DNA of 64,000 nt from an uncultured Gammaproteobacteria bacterium. GTDB taxonomy: Bacteria; Patescibacteriota; Microgenomatia; Levybacterales; UBA12049. Below are positions 10,071 through 20,805 of the stretch, piece by piece (the first letter of the stretch is position 1; each line of letters begins with the position of its first letter). A model generated the notes under the pieces. The model saw nothing but the letters and a program-made list of their open reading frames with translations. It searched no databases and was not told the DNA's origin. Location: NCBI GenBank assembly GCA_964474445.1, contig CAYYSJ010000001.1:270530-334529 (forward strand), in the 5' to 3' direction. The translations under genes and the position numbers were made by a program.

Positions 10071-10592
10071 CTACAAAAGAGGAAATGTTGCAAGCACTTT
10101 ATATTCTGCTCCTGTTGATAAAAGCTGTGACTGCAGCAATGCAAAAGAATGTACAGAAAATTGCCAATCAACGTTTTCTTCAATGTCAGTGACTGTTGCA
10201 GTCTTGTTAAGACGCGCAATTGTGGTGTGCAGTCTAAAGGGTCTTTGCTCTACTGTTTTTTGCATATGTGTTGCAATTGCCTCTCGAAGTTGCAGTAGTT
10301 CTTTTGGTGCCTCTCCAGTTACCCAAAGATATTTTGCTTTCCCTTTTGGTATAAAGAGAATATTCTGAAAGTTAACGAAAAAGGATTCCCTTGCATCTAT
10401 ATTGTGCTGTAATTTGTTAATAATCTTTGAAATATCCGTTTCTTCCCAAGGAGGAAGCAATGTAATATGAAGGTTCCCCTTTTTCATCCAACGAATACCT
10501 TCAGGAGAAAAACGATTTTGATAGTTTTTTTGCCATTTCTCAATTTTGTCTTGGAGTTCAGAAGGAAGCGGAATGCCAACAAACACTCTCAC
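10071..10592 (-). CDS. thpR: RNA 2',3'-cyclic phosphodiesterase (2H family)
   Basis: MRVFVGI start, two HxT motifs (LHITL, LHTTIAR), GAEY end. Confidence 0.9.
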   Translation of the reverse strand: MRVFVGIPLPSELQDKIEKWQKNYQNRFSPEGIRWMKKGNLHITLLPPWEETDISKIINKLQHNIDARESFFVNFQNILFIPKGKAKYLWVTGEAPKELLQLREAIATHMQKTVEQRPFRLHTTIARLNKTATVTDIEENVDWQFSVHSFALLQSQLLSTGAEYKVLATFPLL

Positions 10593-10760
10593 CTTCTGAG
10601 TGTAGCGAAAAAGTACTCATACTGCAAAGTGTAGGAAAAGGGGTTGCGGAGAGATAATGGTAATTGTTATAATAACATTGCATCATTTTCCGTCCGGTCA
10701 CATCTCCTTGTTTCTCAACTGGACACTCAAAAAAAGTTTGAAAGGTATATTGTGGTTATT

Positions 10761-11069
10761 ATGGTAAGAAGACTTGTTAAAAAAATACAAAATCAAAAAC
10801 TAGTAAAAAAAGAGACGGTAAAAGGATCAGGTATGGTTGTTATGGCAAGTATTGGTCCTATTATGACCGTCCCTCAAGCATTAGAAATTTGGGTATTTAA
10901 AAGAAGTGCAGGTATTTTTATTCCAACGTGGATAACGTATTTTTTAGTCTCAATTGGTTGGCTAGTGTACGCATTCAGACGAAAAGATAAGCCACTTTTT
11001 TTTAATGCACTCGCCAATACTATTCTTAATTTACTGATCGTTACTGGAGCTACTGTTTTTCATTCCTAA
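10761..11069 (+). CDS. SemiSWEET/PQ-loop family transporter
   Basis: GPIMTVPQAL, three TM helices, WLVY..RKDKPL..N. Confidence 0.8.
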   Translation: MVRRLVKKIQNQKLVKKETVKGSGMVVMASIGPIMTVPQALEIWVFKRSAGIFIPTWITYFLVSIGWLVYAFRRKDKPLFFNALANTILNLLIVTGATVFHS

Positions 11070-11145
11070 CGGCTTTCCTTCTCCCAAGAACAACCTGATA
11101 ATTCCCTCTTGCAAAGAAAGAAAATCTTCCGTACTGTGATAGTAT

Positions 11146-11874
11146 ATGCTGAAAAAACAAAAGAAGAAGCATGTTTCTCACACAAAGAGAAAATCAGGGT
11201 ATATATACTTCAAAAAAATTTCTATCACGTTTTTTGTCGCAGTAGCATTTTATGCAACAACAACGCTTCTGTTTACCCATTCAGCCTCAAAGCCAACGTG
11301 TGCAAATTCGAAGAGCTGTGCCTCTGATTTGTCCTTAAAAATTGAGAATAATGTCCCAGGCTATTTCCAAGGAAAGAAATTGCTGCCACCGTCTATCAAC
11401 GGGACAGAGTCCTCTATACATCCCGTTCTTGGAGCACAAACATCTTCCGGTGAAAAACACATCTATGTAGATTTGGGAACTCAAACACTGTATGCCTATC
11501 AAGGCCAGACACTTATTCTCAAAACCCTCGTTGCCTCCGGTAAATGGGGAAGAACTCCTGTCGGGAACTTCCATGTTTGGGAGAAATTACGCGCTACCCG
11601 TATGAGCGGTGGAGAAGGAAGCGATGCATACGACTTACCAAATGTCCCATATGTCATGTATTTTTATCACGATTTTGGACTCCATGGCGCTTATTGGCAT
11701 GATAACTTTGGTCATCCAATGAGTCACGGGTGTGTTAATTTACGTGCTGTGGATGCAAAGATTCTTTTTGAATGGGCTGATGGACCACAGGGCAACACTC
11801 CAGGAACAGCAGTTTCTATATGTGACCAAATTACACCGACTCATCAGTGTATACAAAATAATCCAATACAATAA
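11146..11874 (+). CDS. L,D-transpeptidase (YkuD family)
   Basis: IYVDLGTQTLYAY, TPVG, LHGAYWH...SHGCVNL catalytic motif; N-terminal TM. Confidence 0.93.
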   Translation: MLKKQKKKHVSHTKRKSGYIYFKKISITFFVAVAFYATTTLLFTHSASKPTCANSKSCASDLSLKIENNVPGYFQGKKLLPPSINGTESSIHPVLGAQTSSGEKHIYVDLGTQTLYAYQGQTLILKTLVASGKWGRTPVGNFHVWEKLRATRMSGGEGSDAYDLPNVPYVMYFYHDFGLHGAYWHDNFGHPMSHGCVNLRAVDAKILFEWADGPQGNTPGTAVSICDQITPTHQCIQNNPIQ

Positions 11875-11876
11875 TT

Positions 11877-12518
11877 ATGGTAAAATTACAAACTATCGAA
11901 CTTGAAACACTGTACTTCTTTATCATTGCTGCGTTTCTTGGCATGACACTTGCACTCTCATTTCATAAAAACCCCCAACACCAAACAACACCACTGCCTG
12001 TTATGCAGAATTTGCAAAGCCAGATATTGTCACCAGTGCCAACACCTCAGGAAGTTGTTTCACAGGTGACTCCTGATGGAACCAAGAAAATTACGATGAC
12101 TACCATAACAAACAAAGATCTGTCTCATGTCTATACTTTTGCTATCAGTAATGATACAGATACTGACAAGCGAACATTGTATACAATAAAGCTTCCTGCA
12201 ACAGAAAGCATGACCGTTCCTTTTAATACATGGTCTCCTGATAATATATATGTCTTTTTAGAACATCACTTTTCAGATCACACAGAAGCTCTTCTCTTTC
12301 GAGCAGATGGACAACAAATAAGAGACAGTGAAAGCTCTCTCAACGTCACAGATATTTATAACGCTCGTCAAACAGGCAATCCCTATCAGGAAACAACAGG
12401 GTGGGCATCACAAACACTCCTGATCGTTAATACGAAACTAGCCGATGGGAGTAAAGGTCCATCATATTGGGTTGAAGTTCCAAGTAAGGCAGTTATTCCT
12501 CTTTCAACAGTATTCTAG
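11877..12518 (+). CDS. Membrane-anchored hypothetical protein (beta-propeller-like fragment)
   Basis: TPDG, NTWSPD, GWAS motifs; 2 nt after the L,D-transpeptidase gene. Confidence 0.7.
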   Translation: MVKLQTIELETLYFFIIAAFLGMTLALSFHKNPQHQTTPLPVMQNLQSQILSPVPTPQEVVSQVTPDGTKKITMTTITNKDLSHVYTFAISNDTDTDKRTLYTIKLPATESMTVPFNTWSPDNIYVFLEHHFSDHTEALLFRADGQQIRDSESSLNVTDIYNARQTGNPYQETTGWASQTLLIVNTKLADGSKGPSYWVEVPSKAVIPLSTVF

Positions 12519-12590
12519 TGTTTTTTTGAATATCCTCAATGAGATAACAGAGACTATTGAGTCACTTTTTACGAAATACAGAAAAGATTA

Positions 12591-12941
12591 TTATCTTTTG
12601 ATTGGAGCAACGGTGACATACGGTGTAATTGTCGAATTACCTGTTTGTGACGGAGTAAGTGTCACAATTGCGGTGTCATTAATCCCCTTATTACTATCTA
12701 GATGCAAAACACTCCTTACATTTTCTCTTAGGGAACTTTCTTTTGTAGAACCAAATGGCTCGTCAATGAAATGATGAACAACAAGAGAAGCAATACCGAG
12801 AAGAAAGAGTACAGCTACTATCCATTTAAGACTTTTATATGTCTCAAATAACCCTTTTGAAGATTTTGCAAAAGGTGATCGAGTTACTCTTTTTGATGCT
12901 GCCTTTTTTATCGTCTTTTTCACTACTTTTCTGCTTGCCAT
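12591..12941 (-). CDS. Hypothetical membrane protein
   Basis: Lys-rich N-terminus, one TM segment. Confidence 0.65.
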   Translation of the reverse strand: MASRKVVKKTIKKAASKRVTRSPFAKSSKGLFETYKSLKWIVAVLFLLGIASLVVHHFIDEPFGSTKESSLRENVRSVLHLDSNKGINDTAIVTLTPSQTGNSTITPYVTVAPIKR

Positions 12942-13081
12942 AATAAAATCATGACAAAAGAGAAATATCTTGTCAATATCTTTTTAGAAACATCTTATAG
13001 AGAGGCAATGCTGTATGTGGAAGATTGTAGACGTGCAATTTTTCTTACGTATACACAACGTTTTACAGTATTTTTTCAATA

Positions 13082-13474
13082 CTACCCCTTAATATCTTGA
13101 AGAACAGAGAGAATATTCCCGGCAGGATCTTTGAACCATGCTATATCAGGCCCCTGGTTAGCAGAAAGACCTCGAGCGATACCTTTCTCATCTTGCTTAA
13201 ATGGAAAACCCTCATAACGCTCAAATGTAACACCTTTTTTTGTTAACTCATCTACCGCTTCGTCAATATTCGTAACAACAAAATTCAAAATAGTAAAAGT
13301 TGCTGGTTCATGGTTTTCTTTTGGGTAAGCAAATACCTGAGCACCACCAGGTAAATGGATTTGTAGTCCCATCCCATTGTCCTCTACTTCAAGCCCAAGA
13401 ACAGTTGTGTAAAATTCTTTTGCTTTCTCTAGACTATCTACTGAAAAGCCACTGAATGCTCCTACTACTTTCAT
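13082..13474 (-). CDS. VOC/glyoxalase family protein
   Basis: FSGFSVD...[29 protein letters not shown]. Confidence 0.92.
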   Translation of the reverse strand: MKVVGAFSGFSVDSLEKAKEFYTTVLGLEVEDNGMGLQIHLPGGAQVFAYPKENHEPATFTILNFVVTNIDEAVDELTKKGVTFERYEGFPFKQDEKGIARGLSANQGPDIAWFKDPAGNILSVLQDIKG

Positions 13475-13607
13475 TGTATTCTCAGTATATCATACTGAGA
13501 CGAGTGGTGCCATATCATGAAGATAGGTAAACACTACACATTATTCCTGCAAAGCAAGGAAGCATATAATACGTAGATTTCTTACTAACTTTTGCTAGAC
13601 TAGAGAG

Positions 13608-14183
13608 ATGACGGGACGAACACATGACTTAGCAGCATTTACTGCCATTAACTATATTGTTGCAACATTTCCTCTCATACATATGAGTCTTGGAACAGCT
13701 TTTGTTGCCTTCTCTGCAAATTTGATAGGAGGACTAACCCCAGACATTGATCAACCCACAGCAGATTTATGGCATAAACTTCCTGGCGGAACCCTTTATA
13801 GTAGATTAATCACTCCTTTTCTTGGAGGACATCGATACATTTCCCACTCCCTTTTAGGAATTTTCCTTTTTGGATGGATAGTACAATGGCTTCTCAATCT
13901 AGCAAGCAACACACTCCTTGTTGATACTCATATTGTCTGGTGGTCTTTTATGATTGCGTATATCTCCCACGTCGTTATGGATACATTCACTAAAGAAGGG
14001 GTACCTTGGCTTTTCCCAATTCCAATAAAATTTGGTATTCCCCCACTTTCATTTTTGCGTATCAAAACAGGAGGGTTTATAGAAAAATATATTGTCTTCC
14101 CATCGCTTATTCTTCTTAATGGTATGATTATTTACACGCATTACTCCAAATATATCTCCTTTTTCCACCTATATATTCGCTAA
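13608..14183 (+). CDS. Membrane-bound metal-dependent hydrolase (YdjM family)
   Basis: MTGRTH, PDID, GHRYISHS, SHVVMDTFT.EGVPW. Confidence 0.9.
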   Translation: MTGRTHDLAAFTAINYIVATFPLIHMSLGTAFVAFSANLIGGLTPDIDQPTADLWHKLPGGTLYSRLITPFLGGHRYISHSLLGIFLFGWIVQWLLNLASNTLLVDTHIVWWSFMIAYISHVVMDTFTKEGVPWLFPIPIKFGIPPLSFLRIKTGGFIEKYIVFPSLILLNGMIIYTHYSKYISFFHLYIR

Positions 14184-14340
14184 CAACGTTGAAGAGTTTT
14201 CAAGACAGGATCCTTAAAGGAGCAGAAAACATTTATGCAGCATTTTCAGGGTTAACTTTTCATTTCTCCTTAGAAAAAGTCAAATAAGAATCTTCCACAC
14301 ATGCTACACACTTCTTAAACTTTACTTTTATACTGTTTTT

Positions 14341-14961
14341 ATGAAAAAGTCAGGTGTTATATTTATTGCTACCAAGCTAAAATCACCTGGTTGGAAAACA
14401 CTCTTATCTTTGGTGGTTTTCTCTTGTCTCGTATTTTTCACCTTCCAAAAATTTGTTATCAAAGACTCACATAAAGCGATGGCCCAATACTCACAAAATG
14501 TTGTGACTATGCAAAATTTGCAATTTATTCCTTCCCAAATTACTATTCCTGCTGGAGAAACAATTACATGGAACAATCAAGATAGTGTTCCTCATACAGT
14601 AACCTTAGATAATGGTTCTTGGGATTCAGGTGTAGTACAACCTGGGCACTCTGTCTCTACGATGTTTCCTACCCAAGGGACATACACCTATCACTGTCGA
14701 ATTCACCCATTTATGCATGGGAATATCGTTGTAACAAATGCACTTTCACCAACAACTCCTTCAAATCCATACCTTCCACAAGGGCAAATTCCTCAACCAT
14801 ATAACTACTCGAGCGGTCCTGTTTCGATTCCAGCAAGAACTGCAGCAAGAACTGTTAGACAGTCCCAACACCAATCACAATCTGTAACTGTTAACTCATC
14901 AACAGCATCCATGAGCATTGAGCAAAGCCAATCACAGTCACAATCAATAGGTGACCCATAA
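14341..14961 (+). CDS. Cupredoxin (plastocyanin/amicyanin-like) domain protein
   Basis: WNNQD..PHTV and YHCRIHPFMHG copper ligands (H, C, H, M); disordered S/Q tail. Confidence 0.9.
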   Translation: MKKSGVIFIATKLKSPGWKTLLSLVVFSCLVFFTFQKFVIKDSHKAMAQYSQNVVTMQNLQFIPSQITIPAGETITWNNQDSVPHTVTLDNGSWDSGVVQPGHSVSTMFPTQGTYTYHCRIHPFMHGNIVVTNALSPTTPSNPYLPQGQIPQPYNYSSGPVSIPARTAARTVRQSQHQSQSVTVNSSTASMSIEQSQSQSQSIGDP

Positions 14962-15004
14962 AGGTTTTTTACTCATCCCTTAATACATTTCCTCCACAAC
15001 AACA

Positions 15005-16126
15005 TCACTCTACCAAAAGCTTTCTTTTGAAGAGGTATAATACAAGAAGCAAAACCGCTATGATAAGTGGCAAAATAAAGAAATACTGCAAGTGAGAGAG
15101 CGTCAGGTAAACTGTTGTAAAAACAACCATCCTCCCTAAAACCGTTGGTATTTCCCGTAGAATAAGAAATTCTTCCTCACTATCATTTTTAATTGTTTTA
15201 TAAATTGTACTAAAATAGGTAACAAGGAAAAAGTTGAGAACAAATGAACCAGCAAGACTAAGTGCATATGCCCCAAATGGATTTGTGGTAAAAATTTTAA
15301 AGAGTGTTACAACAAGCAGAAAAAATGCTGCGACAGGAATAAGTTTTCGGCTATGCTGATTCGCATACTTACCAACCAGTAACGTAAAGACAGATCCTCC
15401 AATTGCTTCAAGACTACCAACGATACCTGGTGTAGACAAAGACCCTATGATAACAAACACATACACACCCCAAAACCAGTCTGATTCTTCAATCATGTTA
15501 TCCAAGAATTCAAAGAGAAAAAGTGTTTTATTTCGAACAAATCTGCTCCATGCTTTTTTAAAGTTCAATGATACAGTTACTTCTGAACCCTGCAGTGATA
15601 GAAGCGGTACAAAAGAAACAAGAAGTCCAACTACAGTCAACACAAACACAGGCCAAAAACCAAAGATGGGAATAAGAAGAGCCCCAAGGAGAGGACCAAT
15701 AATGCCAAAGAGATTTGGCAAGGCAAAAAATTTTGAGACAGCACTACCCATTTGTTTATGGTCTGCATATTTCACGAGGAAAATATTCATTGGTATCCAA
15801 TATGCAAAAAGTGCAAGACCATTTACGAGTGCAATAAGCTCTGGAGGAAAATGGTATGTCTTTACAAGCGCAAGCAATATAAAAGAAAGTATTTGCAGTG
15901 GATAATACAGCTTAAAGGTATTTAACAGTCCCCAACGCTGAACAAGCGGGACAAAAAGGAAAAGGCCAAAGAGAAGTCCGATTGCATGATTAATAATGAA
16001 AAATAATATGACGCGAGAAAGAGGAAATCCAAGACTCAGTAAATAGGCCGGAATATAAACACTTATGATTGATGAAGCAATCTTATTTATTGTATGTGCC
16101 GCATAGACTTTTTTTACATTGACCAT
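15005..16126 (-). CDS. MFS transporter
   Basis: 373 aa, about 12 hydrophobic segments, GPLLGA motif. Confidence 0.8.
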   Translation of the reverse strand: MVNVKKVYAAHTINKIASSIISVYIPAYLLSLGFPLSRVILFFIINHAIGLLFGLFLFVPLVQRWGLLNTFKLYYPLQILSFILLALVKTYHFPPELIALVNGLALFAYWIPMNIFLVKYADHKQMGSAVSKFFALPNLFGIIGPLLGALLIPIFGFWPVFVLTVVGLLVSFVPLLSLQGSEVTVSLNFKKAWSRFVRNKTLFLFEFLDNMIEESDWFWGVYVFVIIGSLSTPGIVGSLEAIGGSVFTLLVGKYANQHSRKLIPVAAFFLLVVTLFKIFTTNPFGAYALSLAGSFVLNFFLVTYFSTIYKTIKNDSEEEFLILREIPTVLGRMVVFTTVYLTLSHLQYFFILPLIIAVLLLVLYLFKRKLLVE

Positions 16127-16235
16127 ACTGTCATTATATCTAAACTATTTTCACTTTTCTTTTTCTTTTAGAACTCATACCAGAAATTCATTGTTTTATC
16201 AGGTAACCTTCAGAATCGAGCAGTATAACACAGGC

Positions 16236-17087
16236 ATGAATTTTCTGAATGCTTTGACAGCCGCTCTTCTTTCGCTCTTTCTTCTTCTTTCAAATACCCC
16301 TCAAGCACAACCTATACAACAAACAACAAGCCAGACAACTGCACCAACTCTTGCAAAAGCACAAAATAGTGATACATCACGTAATTGGGCAGGCTACACA
16401 GCAGACAGTGGTACTTATACAGGGGTTAGTGGGACATGGACAGTTCCTTTAATAAAGGATACCAGCCAAGTAGGTGCTGATGCAACATGGGTTGGTATCG
16501 GTGGGGTAACAACAAACGATCTTATCCAGGCCGGAACACAAGCGACAGTGGATGAGCAGGGAAACGTCAGTTATGGCGCATTTTATGAAGACTTACCGCA
16601 CCCCTCACGACCTCTTCTTAACCTTACTGTCCACGCTGGAGACACTATGTCTGTTTCAGTACAAAAAACAAAAGATACTTCTTGGAATATTCAGGTAAAA
16701 AATACTACGACCGGGAAAAGTGCATCAGTGAGTCTTCCTTATAGTTCTTCATTTTCTTCCGCTGAATGGATCGAAGAAGCCCCAACAGGTATTCATCATG
16801 TTATCCCCTTGGACAATTTTGGTAAAGTTTACATTACCAACGCAAATGCAATACACAATGGTCGAAATGTTACTTTACAAGAAGCACATGCAAGACCTAT
16901 TGCAATGAATGGACCCTCAGGAACAATACTTGCTGAAGCATCTGTTATCAATACTGACGGTGCAGGATTTACTGTCTCAAGAACTGATGGGGCAGTCTCA
17001 GAAGAGCCAAAGATAGAAACTGTCTACCCGATACCTCACGGAATACCTCTTTTTGTAAAAAAACACATTTTCCGATTTGGATATTAA
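16236..17087 (+). CDS. Secreted G1-family glutamic peptidase
   Basis: Signal peptide; SRNWAGY, WVGIGG, LIQAGT (catalytic Q), SAEWIEEAP (catalytic E). Confidence 0.88.
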   Translation: MNFLNALTAALLSLFLLLSNTPQAQPIQQTTSQTTAPTLAKAQNSDTSRNWAGYTADSGTYTGVSGTWTVPLIKDTSQVGADATWVGIGGVTTNDLIQAGTQATVDEQGNVSYGAFYEDLPHPSRPLLNLTVHAGDTMSVSVQKTKDTSWNIQVKNTTTGKSASVSLPYSSSFSSAEWIEEAPTGIHHVIPLDNFGKVYITNANAIHNGRNVTLQEAHARPIAMNGPSGTILAEASVINTDGAGFTVSRTDGAVSEEPKIETVYPIPHGIPLFVKKHIFRFGY

Positions 17088-17279
17088 AACACAATAGCTC
17101 TTTTCCTTGGCATGTCTCTAAAAAGGCCCCTCGGACTCCAAACTATCATTACCATTCTCCCACCCGTTCGACGTGTCTAACTCTAATTTTTGTTTAATAT
17201 TTAACATATTTTTATTTTTTTGTCATATTTATCAAAATTTTTGACAATGGTTATAGTGAGCGTGTATAAATGCCTCATT

Positions 17280-17622
17280 ATGGAAAGTAAAAAGATTACC
17301 TGGTCCTGAACATTTATCTCGCAAACTCTTGAAATTATTATCTTCAGAACAATATGAGATAGTAAAACGATCACGTATTAAAGGGACAAGAAAAGTGTGG
17401 GGACTTCACGACGATATTAATGGTCGTCTCATTGTCAGAAGAGGACTACTCCCTAGTGAGGAACGCCGGACACTTATTCATGAAGGAATTCATGCATTAT
17501 ATCCTCCTGAAGAGTATCCTCATGCAACTGAAGAAGCAGTTGAAGAAAGAACCCTACAGGTTGATCGGCATATTGGGCATAGAAGGAAAAGAAGATTTGA
17601 ATATTTTTTACCACCTGATTAA
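17280..17622 (+). CDS. Small HExxH metallopeptidase-like protein (ImmA/IrrE-like), start uncertain or frameshifted
   Basis: VWGL...LIV...ERRTLIHEGIH...EE; in-frame TTG at 17329, out-of-frame ATG at 17280. Confidence 0.55.
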
Positions 17623-17624
17623 AT

Positions 17625-18137
17625 CTAGAGGACTGCTTTTACTTTTTCTACAAACTCACCGACTCCACCCTCTGCCATTCCCTTCAGAAGGTCTGCAGTT
17701 TTTCTTTCCTCATTGTAATTTTCCTCCAGCATGTCGGCAACTTCATCCATACCCATTTTTTTTGCCAACGTCATTGCAGACTCATATGCAGCTATTTCGT
17801 AATGTTCAACTTTTTCACTACCACCAATAATAACGCTATCTTTTAGTTGCGGATTGCTTATTTCCTTTAGTTCCATCTTTTCTTCTTCTAAAATTCCTTT
17901 CATCCCCATATCTTGCTTTCCATCAAATGTAATGTCAATTTCTGCGCCCACATCCTCAAGTCTTTTCGCATGATTTTTTGTTTCTTCAAGATGATCGCTC
18001 AGGGTTCGTTTTAAATTATCTGACTGTGCATTGTTAACAAATTCTGGAAGCACCGTGATAAGTTGATTTTCAATGCTATAGAGTTTTTGAAGTTCACTTT
18101 GAAATAAATCATCTGCTGATGAGATTTGCATATTCAC
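17625..18137 (-). CDS. Ferritin-like DUF892 (YciE/YciF) protein
   Basis: ELQKLYSIE, HLEETKNH..RL, KVEHYEIAAY, EE.KT. Confidence 0.9.
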   Translation of the reverse strand: MNMQISSADDLFQSELQKLYSIENQLITVLPEFVNNAQSDNLKRTLSDHLEETKNHAKRLEDVGAEIDITFDGKQDMGMKGILEEEKMELKEISNPQLKDSVIIGGSEKVEHYEIAAYESAMTLAKKMGMDEVADMLEENYNEERKTADLLKGMAEGGVGEFVEKVKAVL

Positions 18138-18280
18138 AGATTAGCTTCCAAAAACAACATTTAGGACATGAATATGTGGGAGTAAGGAAAGAAATACAGT
18201 ATGAACATTGCATATTACTTTTATATTCTTTGAAGATAAATTCTCAGTTCTTGGTGCACCCAAGAACTGTTTCACATTGT

Positions 18281-18589
18281 TTATTGGGATCCGTTAACAG
18301 AGTGATGCTGCCACGGTGCTTGCCCCGCATTCTCTTGTGCCTCCCATTGAGCACTCTCTCTTGCTTCATGCGCAGGGTTTTCATTAGACTTAAATGTCCC
18401 TTGCGCTGCATTGCTGCCTGAGCTACTCTGAGCAGGAGTAGAAGGACTTGACGGTGCTGGAGTTGTAGAGACTGATTGCGCATTCGCAGAGTTTGCCCTC
18501 AACGCACTTCCCCCAGCTGCTCCCACAAGTAGTGCAATTGCAACCATTGCAGTTACTGCACCTTTCTTGCTTATATCTTGTACATTCAT
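18281..18589 (-). CDS. Small secreted hypothetical protein
   Basis: SD AAGGAGGTGA, signal peptide, S/P/T linker, FKSNENPAHEARES..WEAQE. Confidence 0.7.
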   Translation of the reverse strand: MNVQDISKKGAVTAMVAIALLVGAAGGSALRANSANAQSVSTTPAPSSPSTPAQSSSGSNAAQGTFKSNENPAHEARESAQWEAQENAGQAPWQHHSVNGSQ

Positions 18590-18682
18590 TGAATCACCTC
18601 CTTTCTTTTTACACTCTATCACCCTATTCTGAAATATTGCTTAAAGTCATTTATCAACAAAGAAAGAAAATTATATAATGAT

Positions 18683-18937
18683 TTATAACTTGTGAGGGTC
18701 TAAAACTCTATGACGTCTTTTCAATTCCTCAACCACAGTTGGACCCAGGACCTTTGATGCCATTTGTTCTAATCCAGGATCTCCCTTCTCTGTACTCTTT
18801 CCATCGTCAGGGCGATGTAATACTTGCTCATGAAACATTATCGCCATTGTTCTTTTACGATGATTTCCTGGATCCCTTAGCCCTAAAGCAAGAAATGCAT
18901 CACTAATAAAATCTCCTTCTCCTTGTTTATCTGACAT
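18683..18937 (-). CDS. Hypothetical protein
   Basis: 84-aa ATG ORF with TAAAAT and TTGACT promoter-like boxes upstream. Confidence 0.55.
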   Translation of the reverse strand: MSDKQGEGDFISDAFLALGLRDPGNHRKRTMAIMFHEQVLHRPDDGKSTEKGDPGLEQMASKVLGPTVVEELKRRHRVLDPHKL

Positions 18938-19014
18938 AATTTAGAGATTTTAACGTATCAAGATAGAAAAGTCAAAAATGCTCCTCATTGCAACTTTATA
19001 TCCTTGGAAATATT

Positions 19015-19041
19015 AAAAAAGCACCTTTCTCTTAGGTGCTT
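19015..19041 (-). terminator. Intrinsic terminator downstream of the dcw cluster
   Basis: Minus strand AAGCACCT-AAGAGAA-AGGTGCTT followed by T run. Confidence 0.6.
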
Positions 19042-19291
19042 AATAAAGATTAGCTTGTAGCAGTAATTAGTTTTTATATTTTAAGCAGGGTTTCTGGAGA
19101 CAAGGATTACTTTTAAATCTAATGTGACTTAAACACCAACAACCAATTTAACACCTTCTTAAGTCTTTAAAAGATTGGAGACATCTAAATTTTGTTATGA
19201 TCTTCCTTGTAACGTAATGTTTGAAGAATGCTCTTTACTGAAAATATTCTTCCAGAAGTTATATTATGCGATTTCGTCCTTGACCAGTATC

Positions 19292-19429
19292 TTATTCGAA
19301 AGGAGAAATGACACCTGGATTTTCTTTAGTCCCTCTTCTTCGGACATCTTTTGCAAGACGTCTATTCCGATTACCTTCCTTCTTGTATATTCTCTGGATA
19401 TATTCCTTAACTCTCTCTAAGATTATCAT
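19292..19429 (-). CDS. Possible small basic protein (45 aa)
   Basis: MIILERVKEYIQRIYKKEGNRNRRLAKDVRRRGTKENPGVISPFE; ATG ORF between ftsZ and the terminator. Confidence 0.3.
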   Translation of the reverse strand: MIILERVKEYIQRIYKKEGNRNRRLAKDVRRRGTKENPGVISPFE

Positions 19430-19504
19430 AGTTTATAGATTTTACTATATTATAAGTCTATTTGCAAGGGATATCATAAAAAGTTATCTGAAGAAACGAG
19501 AGGT

Positions 19505-20656
19505 TTAGTTTCGATGCCTCAAAAAGGCGGGAATATCCCAGAGGTCTTCGTTGTTTTCTTCATCTTGCGCCATAGCATTCCCATTTTGTGGAGGTTGTTG
19601 AGTAGGGGTATGTTGAACAGTCTGTACTGGTTGTTGTGGTTCTTCTTTTTTCTGTCCATATCCTCCAAGCGGCTCTGGGACAAATTGAGATAATTTTTGT
19701 TTTGTTTGATCAAATCCAGTTGCAATGAGAGTAATCTTGATAGCATCTTTCATACTTTCATCTATTGTTGTCCCAAAAATAATGTTTGCATCCGGATCTG
19801 CTGCTTCTGAAATAATCTTTGCTGCTTCATCAACTTCTGACATAGACATATCCTCTCCGCCGGTGATATTAAAGAGAACTCCCCTTGCTCCTTCCATAGA
19901 AATTTCAAGAAGCGGACTTGATACAGCTGCTCGTGCTGCTGTTTGTGCTCTGTTTTCTCCTGTCCCACTACCAATACCCATCAATGCACTTCCCGCATTC
20001 ATCATAATGGATCTTACATCTGCAAAGTCAACGTTAATAAGACCAGGGAGAGTAATAAGATCTGAAATGCCTTGGACACCCTGAGACAAGACAGAGTCAG
20101 CAACTCGGAATGCCTCAAGAAGACTTACTTTTCTGTCTACGACATCCAAAATTCGTTGATTTGGAATAACAATAAGCGTATCTACTTTATCTCTCAATTG
20201 ATCAATACCATCTTCCGCATTAACCATACGGCGTGTTCCTTCAAAAGCAAATGGCTTGGTAACAACAGCAATGGTAAGTGCTCCTAATTCTTTAGCAACT
20301 CTTGCGATAACTGGTGCTGCACCAGTACCAGTACCTCCTCCCATTCCCGCTGCCACAAAAACCATGTCTGACCCATGAAGCATATCTTTGATCTTTTCAA
20401 TAGATTCTTCTGCAGCTTGATGGCCAATTTCTGGATCTCCACCACTACCCAACCCTTTGGTAAGTTTTTCTCCGATTTGGATTTTAACAGGAGATGGATT
20501 CAGAAGAAGTGCTTGGGCATCAGTATTAACAGCAATAAAGTCAACTCCTTGAATTTGATTACTGGATATCATGGAAGCAAGAGCGTTTGTTCCACCGCCG
20601 CCGACGCCAACAACACGAATCTTTGCAAAATTAGAGGTTTGTGGCTTGATCAGCAT
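19505..20656 (-). CDS. ftsZ: Cell division protein FtsZ
   Basis: [29 protein letters not shown]-terminal DIPAFLR. Confidence 0.99.
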   Translation of the reverse strand: MLIKPQTSNFAKIRVVGVGGGGTNALASMISSNQIQGVDFIAVNTDAQALLLNPSPVKIQIGEKLTKGLGSGGDPEIGHQAAEESIEKIKDMLHGSDMVFVAAGMGGGTGTGAAPVIARVAKELGALTIAVVTKPFAFEGTRRMVNAEDGIDQLRDKVDTLIVIPNQRILDVVDRKVSLLEAFRVADSVLSQGVQGISDLITLPGLINVDFADVRSIMMNAGSALMGIGSGTGENRAQTAARAAVSSPLLEISMEGARGVLFNITGGEDMSMSEVDEAAKIISEAADPDANIIFGTTIDESMKDAIKITLIATGFDQTKQKLSQFVPEPLGGYGQKKEEPQQPVQTVQHTPTQQPPQNGNAMAQDEENNEDLWDIPAFLRHRN

Positions 20657-20805
20657 GGTACTCCGATGCTAGCAGATACCTATAACAATTGCAATACCTA
20701 CATAGGTAGTGTTATCAGATAAGTCCAAACACTAATTAATCTGGGGATTTTAAAGGATTAGAAAACTCAAAAAATCAAAGAGTCTGAGGGGTTACTATTC
20801 TGATT

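Noticed and set aside
18244-18483. Alternative-frame 79-aa ORF
   Set aside because: Overlaps 18281-18589, which has the SD and signal peptide
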